Shown here: piece by piece, positions 6,650 to 15,912 of the stretch
Layout of the letters: each line of letters begins with the position of its first letter
Position numbering within the stretch: the first letter of the stretch is position 1
Virus record (IMG/VR): IMGVR_UViG_3300032291_000723
DNA length: 64,000 nt
Strand: one strand, 5' to 3'
Source: an uncultured virus (IMG/VR IMGVR_UViG_3300032291_000723)
Taxonomy: Duplodnaviria > Heunggongvirae > Uroviricota > Caudoviricetes
The notes under the pieces: model-generated
The model's database searches: none
Seen by the model: only the letters and a program-made list of their open reading frames with translations
Told to the model about the DNA's origin: nothing
Translations under genes and position numbers: made by a program

Positions 6650-9121
6650 ATGACAAAGTTATGGAACCAACTATCAAAGGAAGAACAATCACGCCGCGCA
6701 GCTCTACAAGTAATTGCTGAAGAAGAAATGATTGCTCACTCTGAGCATAAGTATTGGCAGACTTACAATGCTAATCCTGATGAAGCAGTACCGGAGCAGA
6801 CATTACTTGATGCTTGCGTGATTCACTTGACGCCTTTCTATCAGCAGTGGATTGATACTGTCTCAGAGAATCGCAAGACTCCTGAGTGGGCCTATCCTCT
6901 GTTTGCTATTGGCGCAGCTAAGATGGCTGACATTACTATTCGCTGTCTTATTCTTGAGTGGTTTAACTCCTCGCTATGGGAGCGTAAGTATGAGGGAGAT
7001 CTATTCCCACTACCTACTGCTCAGCATATCTCTCATGCCATCTCTGACATGGTAATTGAGATCGTTGCATATCAACAGGCAAAGAAGCAGTTTCGTGATG
7101 ACTGGCTAAAGCAATCACACTATCAGAAGAAGTGGACTACTAAGCGATGCAAGGCCTTTGCTTACAAGATGGGAACACTTAACAAGAAGCAGTTCACTAG
7201 AAAGCAACGCGAAGACTTTGGTCACCACATGTTACGCATTGCTGAAATGTCGGATATTATTATCCTAAAGAATATTAAGAAGCATACTGGTAAGCGTTGG
7301 ATTGAAAGGGTTGTCACTACCTTCAGTGATGAGATCCTTAGCGAGTTGCATAAGCGTCATCAAGATGTGATTGCTACTGCTGCCCTGCTCTATCGTCCTA
7401 TGATTGTGCCCCCTGTTTCTCATGCTGTCGATGCAAGCGGTGGACATACTCTACCGTTTGTTCGTAAGCCTGTGGTACAGAAGTTCAAGGATGTTATGTG
7501 GGATGAGAAGATCAATCAGAAGGGTAGCCTTCCTTCTCAGCTAGTCATTGATGGCTTGAATGCCATGATGCATACTGAGTGGACCATCAATAAGCCCGTG
7601 CTTGAAGTAATGGAAACACTCTTCAAGAATAACACCTGCGATGCTAACCTACCTGCCTATGCGTTCTCTGCCTTTGACTTTGCCGATCCTTATCCAGAGA
7701 ATGGAACTAAAGAAGAGCAAGCCAAGTGGTGTGGTAAGAAAGAAGAATCCTACTCTGCATGGTACAAGGAAGAGCAAGCCCGTGGCCGTATGATGGTACG
7801 CCTCAAGGTTGCAAAGGATTTAATTCCTTTTGGTTTCTTTTACCATGTGTATACCTGTGACTTCCGTGGCCGTGCTAATGCTGCCTGTGATCTATTGTCT
7901 CCCCAAGCAGGTGACTTAGATCGTGGTTTGATTATGTTCGCTGAACCTAGAAAGCAGACATCCAATGGGATGTACTGGCTTAAGGTTCATGTGGCTAATC
8001 TATTCGACCAAGATAAAGTCCCCTTTGATCAGCGTGTCAAATGGGTTGATGATAATATGAAGATGCTTAAGAGCATCAATGACAATCCCTATGACACTCG
8101 TAGTCTATGGGTATCCAGTAAGAAGAAGAAGAACCCTAGCTTCCAAAGACTGGCTGCTGTGTTTGACCTGTGCCGTACTGATGGGCTTACTCAGGTACCT
8201 GTACAGATGGACGGATCATGTAATGGTGTTCAGCATTGGGCTGCTCTCATGCGTGACCCCTATCTAGCCAAGAAGGTTAACCTTATCCATACCTCGCAAC
8301 CTCAGGATCTATATCAGTTCGTTGCAGACCTGATGACTGAGAAGATGGTGACTGCTAAGGATGAGGATTCAACCAAGGGTATCTGGTCTCGGCGTTTCCT
8401 AGAACACTGGGAGGGAGACATTGACCGCTCTGTTGTAAAGAGAGCAGTCATGACCGATCCCTATGGTGTTACCTTCTATGGTATCCGTAGATACTGCAAG
8501 ACTGAGGGACACCTAGACTGGGTAGGCAAGGAAGAATCTGCTGCTGCTGTAATGGAGCTTGCTCTCTTTATTGATGAAGCCCTCAAGGGTACGTTGGTGG
8601 AAGCTAACAAAGGCAAGGCTTGGTTAAAGCAAGTAGCCGATATGGCTAGCGAGATTGGAAAGAATGTAGAGTGGACTACACCCTGTGGGTTCAAGGTAGT
8701 TCACCAGTACTATGAGATATTAACAAGACGATCAGTATCAAGACTGTTCGATACAAAGGAACTCCACTTCGGAGCACCAGACAAGGAAACAATAGATGGA
8801 AGCTCAGTTAATCTGGCTATCTCTCCAAATTACATACACTCGTTGGATGCGAGCCATATGTGGTCTACCGTGGGACGGATGATTGAGGCGGGTATTACTC
8901 ACTTCAGCATGATCCATGACTCCTATGGTTGCCCTGCTCCAGATGTAAGACTCATGCGAGCATACACCAATGAAGAGTTTCACAAGATGCATAGTACCAA
9001 CTTGATTGCGGTGATGAAGGATGAGCTTGAATCTTCCCTTAAGATTCCTCTGCCCGATGTCCCACCAACAAGTGGCTACAACATTGATGATGTGCTCAAT
9101 GCGGAGTACTTCTTCCAATGA
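6650..9121 (+). CDS. T7-like single-subunit DNA-dependent RNA polymerase
   Basis: DFRGR, motif A PVQMDGSCNGVQH, motif B RSVVKRAVMTDPYG, PNYIHSLDASH, motif C IHDS. Confidence 0.98.
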   Translation: MTKLWNQLSKEEQSRRAALQVIAEEEMIAHSEHKYWQTYNANPDEAVPEQTLLDACVIHLTPFYQQWIDTVSENRKTPEWAYPLFAIGAAKMADITIRCLILEWFNSSLWERKYEGDLFPLPTAQHISHAISDMVIEIVAYQQAKKQFRDDWLKQSHYQKKWTTKRCKAFAYKMGTLNKKQFTRKQREDFGHHMLRIAEMSDIIILKNIKKHTGKRWIERVVTTFSDEILSELHKRHQDVIATAALLYRPMIVPPVSHAVDASGGHTLPFVRKPVVQKFKDVMWDEKINQKGSLPSQLVIDGLNAMMHTEWTINKPVLEVMETLFKNNTCDANLPAYAFSAFDFADPYPENGTKEEQAKWCGKKEESYSAWYKEEQARGRMMVRLKVAKDLIPFGFFYHVYTCDFRGRANAACDLLSPQAGDLDRGLIMFAEPRKQTSNGMYWLKVHVANLFDQDKVPFDQRVKWVDDNMKMLKSINDNPYDTRSLWVSSKKKKNPSFQRLAAVFDLCRTDGLTQVPVQMDGSCNGVQHWAALMRDPYLAKKVNLIHTSQPQDLYQFVADLMTEKMVTAKDEDSTKGIWSRRFLEHWEGDIDRSVVKRAVMTDPYGVTFYGIRRYCKTEGHLDWVGKEESAAAVMELALFIDEALKGTLVEANKGKAWLKQVADMASEIGKNVEWTTPCGFKVVHQYYEILTRRSVSRLFDTKELHFGAPDKETIDGSSVNLAISPNYIHSLDASHMWSTVGRMIEAGITHFSMIHDSYGCPAPDVRLMRAYTNEEFHKMHSTNLIAVMKDELESSLKIPLPDVPPTSGYNIDDVLNAEYFFQ

Positions 9122-9354
9122 GTAAGGTGTACAAGATATCAAGTGAAGGTGATGTAGAAGAAGCAGTTAAGATGTTCACTGCTCTAGCAATGTCAAGTAA
9201 GAAAAGGAAGAAGATGTCTTTGTGGTTCCCAACGGAAGCCCTTAGTGATATCTTCTTACAGGCTGCTTACACAGATTTTTCGTTAAGGAATATTCCACCA
9301 CAGCCTAACATGAATATTCAAATTTATATTGAAGGAGATCCCGATGAACATTAA
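9118..9354 (+). CDS. Hypothetical protein
   Basis: ATGA overlap with RNAP stop. Confidence 0.65.
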   Translation: MSKVYKISSEGDVEEAVKMFTALAMSSKKRKKMSLWFPTEALSDIFLQAAYTDFSLRNIPPQPNMNIQIYIEGDPDEH

Positions 9355-9544
9355 GCCCAATAAGATTCTGAATGGAAAGCATTGGCGCTATGGGGATTTG
9401 TATGACACTTGGAATAAGTTCCAGCAGGATCACTTTGATGGTAAGCTGGATGTGTATGCTCCCGTTACCGATGAGAATGGTAACACCCTTCCCTCTCTCG
9501 CTCAGCAGTGGAAGGATTCATTCAACCGGAGGAAGCGCAAGTGA
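9344..9544 (+). CDS. Hypothetical protein
   Basis: AAGGAG RBS before ATG 9344. Confidence 0.65.
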   Translation: MNIKPNKILNGKHWRYGDLYDTWNKFQQDHFDGKLDVYAPVTDENGNTLPSLAQQWKDSFNRRKRK

Positions 9545-9828
9545 GCAAGAAGAAACCAAAGACGATTGATGCTTCCTGCCCCGTTACGTTGATGGGGTGC
9601 GAAGGAGAAGTGATCGTAGAGATGACTCCGACCGAGGCAGTTTCGATGCTCGAAAAGGCATGGCAGGAAAACAAGCGACTGCGGCAGGAGAACGCAACCA
9701 TCACCGCCGAGCGCGATGAGGCGAGGCGGGAAGTCTGCCAATGGGAACACCATTGGGACAAGACCTCATCCGAACAGTATTACGCAGACAAGCGAGGCTG
9801 GGACTGCTTCAAGGAGGATGGCAAGTGA
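9541..9828 (+). CDS. Small coiled-coil protein with ERDEARRE...RGW motif
   Basis: GGAGG RBS, GTG start overlapping previous stop; GC-richer codons than neighbours. Confidence 0.7.
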   Translation: MSKKKPKTIDASCPVTLMGCEGEVIVEMTPTEAVSMLEKAWQENKRLRQENATITAERDEARREVCQWEHHWDKTSSEQYYADKRGWDCFKEDGK

Positions 9829-10484
9829 GTAGAGTTTTAGTTATCGGGGATACACACTTCCCCGCAGTACTAGATGGCTACCTTCAGTTTGTAAAGGATG
9901 TCAAGAAGGAATACAAGTGTGATACGGTTGTTCATATTGGTGATGTAATTGATCATCATTGTATTTCTTTTCATGCTAAGCATCCTGATCATCCCGGTGC
10001 CGTTGCTGAATATAAGCAAGCCGTGGAGCAGATCAAGGAATGGAAGTCTGCATTCAAGACCATGACTATCACCGTGGGTAACCACGATGAGCGTGTGCGT
10101 AGGATTGCTGGCGATGCTGGCATCCCTGACTTCTACCTTAAGAACTACGAGGAGATATACAATACGCCTACTTGGAACTGGGTTAAGAGTTGTGTGTATG
10201 ATAATGTGTTCTACTATCATGGGATGGGTGGGACTGGTATGTTCCCTGCATTCAACACTGCTAAGGCCATGGGTATCTCCGTGGTTGCAGGTCACCATCA
10301 CTCTTGCGCTGGTATCAACTGGCAGGTTTCCCCTCTCAGTGCACTCTTCGGAATGAATGTGGGCTGTGGTGTAGACCGCAAGAGTCTTGCCATGAAGTAC
10401 GGTGAAGATCATATTCGCAAGCCAGTGATTAGTTGCGGTGTTGTTGTAGATGGTGCACCTTATTTAGAACTAATGAAGTTATGA
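9825..10484 (+). CDS. Calcineurin-like metallophosphoesterase
   Basis: GDTH, GDVID, GNHD, YHG, GHHH motifs; AAGGAGG RBS before GTG 9825. Confidence 0.9.
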   Translation: MSRVLVIGDTHFPAVLDGYLQFVKDVKKEYKCDTVVHIGDVIDHHCISFHAKHPDHPGAVAEYKQAVEQIKEWKSAFKTMTITVGNHDERVRRIAGDAGIPDFYLKNYEEIYNTPTWNWVKSCVYDNVFYYHGMGGTGMFPAFNTAKAMGISVVAGHHHSCAGINWQVSPLSALFGMNVGCGVDRKSLAMKYGEDHIRKPVISCGVVVDGAPYLELMKL

Positions 10485-11056
10485 AGATTGAATTAGATAT
10501 TCCGTACCTGAATAAAGTAGACTACAGATTACTTGATCTCCTGATTGCGGCGCATGCTAAGACTGCCATTGACAATGCTAATGCTAGCAGTGCTGCCTGT
10601 GTCAATGCAGGTACTGTGACTGGCAAGCTAACCAATGGACTTGCTTCGGCTATCCTCTGTCTTGGAGGACATCATGCCCCTATTATGGAAGCACGAATAA
10701 TCTATCGTCAATGGACTAAGGAACAAATTAAGGAAGCATTGCTGTGGAATAAACTTATTCCCGGTTTTGGTAATGCTTTCTATAAAGATTCAATTGATCC
10801 GGCATGGCAAGATGTGGATGATTTTTTAGCTACTGTTTATCCTCAGGAGTATGCGAGAATTAGAGAACTGAGGGACTGGATGCGTGGAGAAAATGTCAAT
10901 CTTTTTCCCAACGCTGCCTTGTATAGTGCCGTGTCCTGTGATATAATGGAGTGCGTGTGGGGAGCAGAAATTTCTCTGCTTATCCTTGCACGGTTGCCCA
11001 TGTGGACTACGCTCTGGCTGACAAACAATGATAGCTCTCGTTTAATTAACTGCTAA
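10481..11056 (+). CDS. Citrate-synthase-family protein, truncated, with altered catalytic residues
   Basis: NASS, LASAILCLGGHH, IPGFGN..YK..DP, LFPN..LYS, LARL..W are colinear with the CS C-terminal domain. Confidence 0.75.
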   Translation: MKIELDIPYLNKVDYRLLDLLIAAHAKTAIDNANASSAACVNAGTVTGKLTNGLASAILCLGGHHAPIMEARIIYRQWTKEQIKEALLWNKLIPGFGNAFYKDSIDPAWQDVDDFLATVYPQEYARIRELRDWMRGENVNLFPNAALYSAVSCDIMECVWGAEISLLILARLPMWTTLWLTNNDSSRLINC

Positions 11057-11066
11057 AGTGGCAGTT

Positions 11067-11089
11067 CCCAATAAATGTAGCTATAGATA
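11067..11089 (+). promoter_or_regulatory. Putative phage RNAP promoter (replication genes)
   Basis: CCCAATAAATGTAGCTATAGATA, intergenic; CTATAG core as in T7/SP6 promoters. Confidence 0.75.
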
Positions 11090-11121
11090 GATTCTATAAT
11101 ATCAAGAAAGGAGGAATTTAA

Positions 11122-11313
11122 ATGACAACTGAGACTGTTACAGAAACGACTAAGGACCAGAATGTTCCTGCTATCCGATCAGATAGTGTGGTCGCTTACC
11201 TCAGCAACCTGTCCGCTGCACTGACCAACATTGCTGCTGACATTAATACACAGGTTGCAAACATTACGACTGGTATGACTGCGGCTGAGAACACTACAAA
11301 GGAGAATGCCTAA
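11122..11313 (+). CDS. Hypothetical protein
   Basis: AAGGAGG RBS. Confidence 0.7.
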   Translation: MTTETVTETTKDQNVPAIRSDSVVAYLSNLSAALTNIAADINTQVANITTGMTAAENTTKENA

Positions 11314-11849
11314 TGGCAACTACTAATACGAAGCTTAAGAAGCTCCCGGATTTTGTTACTGGTGTTATGGAAGTTAAGTGGAGCAACCTGATGAAGCCCG
11401 ACAATGCGTTCGGTGAAGCATCAGCAAACCATAACATCACCGTTGTTCTTGACTCTACCCTTGAGAAGCAGCTTGCTGATCTTCTCAAGAAGTCGGGTGC
11501 TAAGAAGATCAACGGCATCTATGAGAAGGATGGTCTCAAGACCTTCAAGGCTAAGAGCCGTGTGCATATCGAAGCAGGGAAGTTTCCTTGTGTTGATAGC
11601 AATGCCGAAGCAACCGATGCTGTGGCATTCGGTGGTGACAAGGTGCGTCTGCGTCTTGCCCCTGCTGTGGTGGCTCGTGATAATTCTCTCAGTCTGTACC
11701 TCAATGGTATCCAGATTGTAGAGAAGAATACCAGCAGCACTGGTAGTGGCTTTGATACTGTGAAGGGTGGTTTTGTCGGAACCACTAGCGCTGTTGCATC
11801 TTCTGCTACTCAGGTTACTGAGACAGAGGATGAGGACCTTCCCTTCTAA
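11313..11849 (+). CDS. Single-stranded DNA-binding protein (T7 gp2.5-like)
   Basis: W..L.KPD..F N-terminus, LNGIQIVE strand, acidic tail TEDEDLPF; syntenic position. Confidence 0.8.
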   Translation: MATTNTKLKKLPDFVTGVMEVKWSNLMKPDNAFGEASANHNITVVLDSTLEKQLADLLKKSGAKKINGIYEKDGLKTFKAKSRVHIEAGKFPCVDSNAEATDAVAFGGDKVRLRLAPAVVARDNSLSLYLNGIQIVEKNTSSTGSGFDTVKGGFVGTTSAVASSATQVTETEDEDLPF

Positions 11850-12229
11850 TGGCTGAGTGGCGGTTTGACATTAACCCTGTCGCCGCCTCCAGACCCAGAG
11901 TAGGTAAGTGGGGTGCTTACTATACAGGTACCTATAAAACTTTCCGTGAAGAGGCAACCGCTAAAGTGTGGAAGATTCTGGGAACAGATCTCCTACCTCT
12001 TAGCGGCCCTCTCATGGTAAGTATTGAACTGTATGTTAAGAGACCCAAGACTACCGAAAGGGAATGGCCTAAAGCAGACATCGACAACTATGCTAAGGCC
12101 GTGCTTGATACCATGAATCAAAAAGTATGGGAAGATGATTCGCAGATCATCTCTCTATATGTTACCAAGCAATGGGCAGCGAAAGGTGAAGACGGATACT
12201 TTATCTTATCCGTTAATACTAAAATCTAA
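11849..12229 (+). CDS. rusA: RusA-family Holliday junction resolvase
   Basis: PVAASRPR, KADIDNYAKAVLD...WEDDSQI. Confidence 0.9.
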   Translation: MAEWRFDINPVAASRPRVGKWGAYYTGTYKTFREEATAKVWKILGTDLLPLSGPLMVSIELYVKRPKTTEREWPKADIDNYAKAVLDTMNQKVWEDDSQIISLYVTKQWAAKGEDGYFILSVNTKI

Positions 12230-12274
12230 AGGGATGGAGGATTAACTTCCTCCCTTCCTATTCAAAGGAGAGTT

Positions 12275-12931
12275 ATGTACGAAGTGATCTCTGTTGGTTT
12301 GGTGAATCATATGGGCGATGATGACACTGTTGTTAATGCAGCCCGTGTGTCGTTTGCCAAGGAAGCAAGTCAGTATACCAAAGATCAGAATAATAAACTG
12401 ATACGGTACCTTGCTACCCATAATCACTGGAGTCCTTTTGCACATTGCACTCTCCAGTTCCATGTCAAAGCTCCTATCTTTGTTGCTAGGCAACTTGCCA
12501 AGCATCAGGTGGGCTTTGCATGGAACGAAGTAAGTAGAAGGTATGTGGATAATGACCCAACCTTCTGGAATCCCTCTGCCCATTGGCGAGGCCGTGCTGA
12601 GAATAAGAAGCAAGGCTCTTCCCATGACTTGATAATGGATAACATTGAGGCTCAAGAGGTCTATGAAGAATCCATGCGCTACACTTGGCAGTCCTATTCC
12701 ATGCTGCTTGCCCAAGGTGTCTGCCCTGAGCAAGCCCGTGCTGTGCTGCCTCAGTCTATGATGACCGAGTGGTACTGGACTGGTTCCCTATATGGGTTCA
12801 GCCGAGTGTGTAAGCTTAGGCTTGACCCTCACTCTCAACTTGAGTGTAGTCAGGTGGCTACTCTTATTGAGGAAGAGTGTGCTAAGTTATTCCCTATGTC
12901 TTGGAAGGCTTTGAATGGAACGCTGGATTGA
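12275..12931 (+). CDS. thyX: Flavin-dependent thymidylate synthase
   Basis: AARVSF, HWSPF, RQLAKH...NEVSRRY, EQARAVLP. Confidence 0.95.
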   Translation: MYEVISVGLVNHMGDDDTVVNAARVSFAKEASQYTKDQNNKLIRYLATHNHWSPFAHCTLQFHVKAPIFVARQLAKHQVGFAWNEVSRRYVDNDPTFWNPSAHWRGRAENKKQGSSHDLIMDNIEAQEVYEESMRYTWQSYSMLLAQGVCPEQARAVLPQSMMTEWYWTGSLYGFSRVCKLRLDPHSQLECSQVATLIEEECAKLFPMSWKALNGTLD

Positions 12932-13313
12932 CATTGCTAGACATGTGGCTTCCACTATTAACCGTGAGAAGCAGCATGTAAGTTTGATTGTCAGGAAGAA
13001 TCAACTGATTGCCGTGGGTACCAATCATTGGAAGACCCACCCTAAGACGGTAGAGATGGGGTATATGTATCCTTATATGCATTCGGAACTGGATGCCTTT
13101 AGGAAGATCAAGACTCCAATGGATAAGCTTGTGCTTTTAAACTACCGCTTTAGTAAGACCGGGAAGTTAGGAATGGCTAGGCCGTGTAAGTTCTGCATGC
13201 CTTGGTGTTCCCAAATCTTTGATAGAATTATTTTCTCTAACGAAGAAGGAATCTTTGATGAGCACTGCTCAAGAGATAGAATTATTAACACAGGAAAGAG
13301 ATCAAGCTCGTAA
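12915..13313 (+). CDS. Zn-dependent cytidine/dCMP deaminase-like protein
   Basis: HSE...ARPCKFC zinc motif. Confidence 0.75.
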   Translation: MERWIDIARHVASTINREKQHVSLIVRKNQLIAVGTNHWKTHPKTVEMGYMYPYMHSELDAFRKIKTPMDKLVLLNYRFSKTGKLGMARPCKFCMPWCSQIFDRIIFSNEEGIFDEHCSRDRIINTGKRSSS

Positions 13314-13416
13314 AGAATTGATTGCATATGATGCCATCCATGGTAAGATATCAGTTGCTGCTGCAGCCAAGGCCAGAGGATGGGGTTATCTAATAAAGGA
13401 GAATACAATTGTCTAA
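13258..13416 (+). CDS. Small protein with ERDQARKE...RGW motif
   Basis: AAGGA RBS before ATG 13258; motif shared with 9541-9828. Confidence 0.6.
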   Translation: MSTAQEIELLTQERDQARKELIAYDAIHGKISVAAAAKARGWGYLIKENTIV

Positions 13417-13636
13417 GAAGAAGCCATGGTTAAAGGCCCGTAAGAGAGATGGTACTCAGGCTGGCAAGGGTGACATGATGCGCCCTGTGGATAAAGATAA
13501 GTTTGATGCTGGCTATGAAGCAATCTTTGGTAAGAAGGACCCGCCCTATATGCAGAGATCCCTTGAATGGTTACATGAACAGTATGGGGAGACTCTTAAG
13601 AAGCTAGCTGAGGATGAGAAGAATGACCTTAAGTGA
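13409..13636 (+). CDS. Small phage protein (GKGD..RPVD...F...Y..IF)
   Basis: AAGGAG RBS, TTG start. Confidence 0.7.
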   Translation: MSKKKPWLKARKRDGTQAGKGDMMRPVDKDKFDAGYEAIFGKKDPPYMQRSLEWLHEQYGETLKKLAEDEKNDLK

Positions 13637-13805
13637 ACTAGAAGAGAAGATCTATGACCTCGCTGCCATCAGTTATAAGATTGGTAGAGTAGAAACCGAT
13701 GGATCTACCTCCCAGAAAAAGTATGAAAAACTGGTGGCTGAGCGAGATGACCTTATGAATCAGGTGACTATGGCTGTCAAGATGGCAGATAACCGCGGTC
13801 CCTAA
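13623..13805 (+). CDS. Hypothetical protein
   Basis: Overlaps previous stop; helical. Confidence 0.6.
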   Translation: MTLSELEEKIYDLAAISYKIGRVETDGSTSQKKYEKLVAERDDLMNQVTMAVKMADNRGP

Positions 13806-13890
13806 GGCATACACTAGATGCCATTATGGCATACCTTTTTACCCATCTAACACCTAACACCCTAACAATTACCCAACAAAAGGATTAAGT

Positions 13891-14181
13891 ATGGAACCAT
13901 GTGACTTTGATTTTTGTACTGACGATAAGCGCTCTATTATTGGTGAGTGGACTGAGTTACACTTCCCTATTGGCACCATGCCAATCTATGAGGGGGATAA
14001 CTTTGAAGACTCTCATGATCGGTGTTATATGAATATTCAGTTTGACAACGGCTCTCCTTGGTTTCAGATCATGAAGACTGTGCATCCGAATGGTATTCGA
14101 TCTGTTCAGGATGAGTGCGTACTGCGCTTTAGAATGCCAGTTCAACTGTTAGAGCGTATTGCTAGAATCGGAAGGAGCTAA
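13891..14181 (+). CDS. Hypothetical protein
   Basis: AAGGA RBS. Confidence 0.65.
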   Translation: MEPCDFDFCTDDKRSIIGEWTELHFPIGTMPIYEGDNFEDSHDRCYMNIQFDNGSPWFQIMKTVHPNGIRSVQDECVLRFRMPVQLLERIARIGRS

Positions 14182-14187
14182 TATGGA

Positions 14188-15909
14188 ATGAGTACATTCT
14201 TAAATAAAAAGGAATGCCCCAAATGTTCTGCGAATGGTGAAGATCGTAGTGGGGATAACTTGGCAGTCTATGACGATCATGTCTACTGCTTCAAGTGTGG
14301 ATATCACAAAAATAATAAAGGAGTCACTATGCAGGAAGAGAAGATTGAAGAACCTAAAGACTTTAAAGTTAGCGTTGGTTCTTACATTGATCTTGGAGAT
14401 CGTGGTATTACGGAGAAGACTTGCCGTCTTTACGGATATCAGGTAGCCAAGATCAATGGTAAGGAAGTACAGATCGCAAACTATTATCATGGTGGTGAAC
14501 TGATTGGTCAGCATCTACGGGGTCCTAACAAGCAGTTCGCTTGGAAGGGTACTGCCAAGGGTGCTGAGCTGTTTGGTCAGAACCTCTGGAAGTCTGCAGG
14601 TGGTAAGCGTCTTATCATTACTGAAGGTGAGATTGATTGTATGACAGTCAATCAAGTCTTAGGTGGTACATGGCCTGTGGTATCCATTCCTAATGGTGCC
14701 CAGTCTGCTACCAAGGCTATCAAGGATAATCTAGAATTTGTTAATTCTTACAGCGAAGTAGTCCTATGCTTTGACATGGATGAACCGGGCCAAAAGGCTG
14801 CTCTTGAGGTAGCGGAACTGCTTCCTCCGGGTAAGTGCAAGATTGCCAAGATGCCATACAAGGATGCCAACGAGTGTCTACAGAATGCACAGTCCAAGCA
14901 ATTGGCTTCGTCTATCTGGGAAGCACAGGCATACTCACCTGACGAGATCCTGCATATCTCCAAGGTAGTGGATACCATTGATACCATGGCAGAGACACGG
15001 GTATATCCCTTTCCCTATGACGGTCTATCAGAGTTCCTGATCGGCCAGCGTAGCGGAGAGATTACCCTCTGGTGCTCTGGTACTGGTTCAGGTAAGTCCA
15101 CTATCCTGCGTGAGATGATGCACCATCACCTTGAAGATGGTCGGAGTGTTGGTTGTATCATGCTTGAGGAATCTCCACAGGAAACTCTTGATGATATGAT
15201 TAGCCTTATTCTTAACAAGCCAGTGCGGGCTATCCGTGCTAGTCGAATGATGAATGACCTCCGTGTCAAGATGGGTAAGAAGCCTATCAACATGTCTATC
15301 GTTGATGATCTAACTGACGAAGAGTACAATGGTGCCAGAGACAAGCTGTGCCAGACTAACTTCTATGTCTACGATCACTTGGGTAACAACGCTATGCAGA
15401 ACCTCCTTGCTCGCATGGAGTTCATGGCAGTGTCTCTCAAGGTGGATGTTATCGTGCTTGACCATATCACCGCTGCTGCGGCTGGTCTGATGGGCATGGA
15501 GAACAAAGACATTGAGGGTGGTGGTTCAGAGCGTATCATCATTGATACTCTTATGAAAGAATTACGGAGTCTTGCAGTGAGAACTGGTGTGCACATTGAC
15601 ATCATCTCTCAGCTCAAGAAGACTGAGAAGGCATACGAAGAGGGAGATAGAATTACCCTTCAGGACCTTAGAGGATCAGGTGCACTAGCATCTGTACCCA
15701 ATACGGTAATTGCCTTGGAACGAGATCGACAGAACACAGACGAGAAGATTGCTAACACAACCATCGTCCGTGTGCTTAAGAATCGTCTGACAGGTAGAGC
15801 AGGTATTGCCTCTACTTTATTCTACGATCACAATTCAGGCAGACTGAAGGAGATCGGGTTTGCGGTAGGTGAGGATGGGCAACTGATATTCCAACCAGAG
15901 GAGAATTAA
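14188..15909 (+). CDS. DNA primase-helicase (T7 gp4-like)
   Basis: CPKC...CFKC zinc finger, TOPRIM ITEGEID and FDMD, Walker A SGTGSGKST, VLDH, DLRGSG, KNR. Confidence 0.97.
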   Translation: MSTFLNKKECPKCSANGEDRSGDNLAVYDDHVYCFKCGYHKNNKGVTMQEEKIEEPKDFKVSVGSYIDLGDRGITEKTCRLYGYQVAKINGKEVQIANYYHGGELIGQHLRGPNKQFAWKGTAKGAELFGQNLWKSAGGKRLIITEGEIDCMTVNQVLGGTWPVVSIPNGAQSATKAIKDNLEFVNSYSEVVLCFDMDEPGQKAALEVAELLPPGKCKIAKMPYKDANECLQNAQSKQLASSIWEAQAYSPDEILHISKVVDTIDTMAETRVYPFPYDGLSEFLIGQRSGEITLWCSGTGSGKSTILREMMHHHLEDGRSVGCIMLEESPQETLDDMISLILNKPVRAIRASRMMNDLRVKMGKKPINMSIVDDLTDEEYNGARDKLCQTNFYVYDHLGNNAMQNLLARMEFMAVSLKVDVIVLDHITAAAAGLMGMENKDIEGGGSERIIIDTLMKELRSLAVRTGVHIDIISQLKKTEKAYEEGDRITLQDLRGSGALASVPNTVIALERDRQNTDEKIANTTIVRVLKNRLTGRAGIASTLFYDHNSGRLKEIGFAVGEDGQLIFQPEEN

Positions 15910-15912
15910 ATT

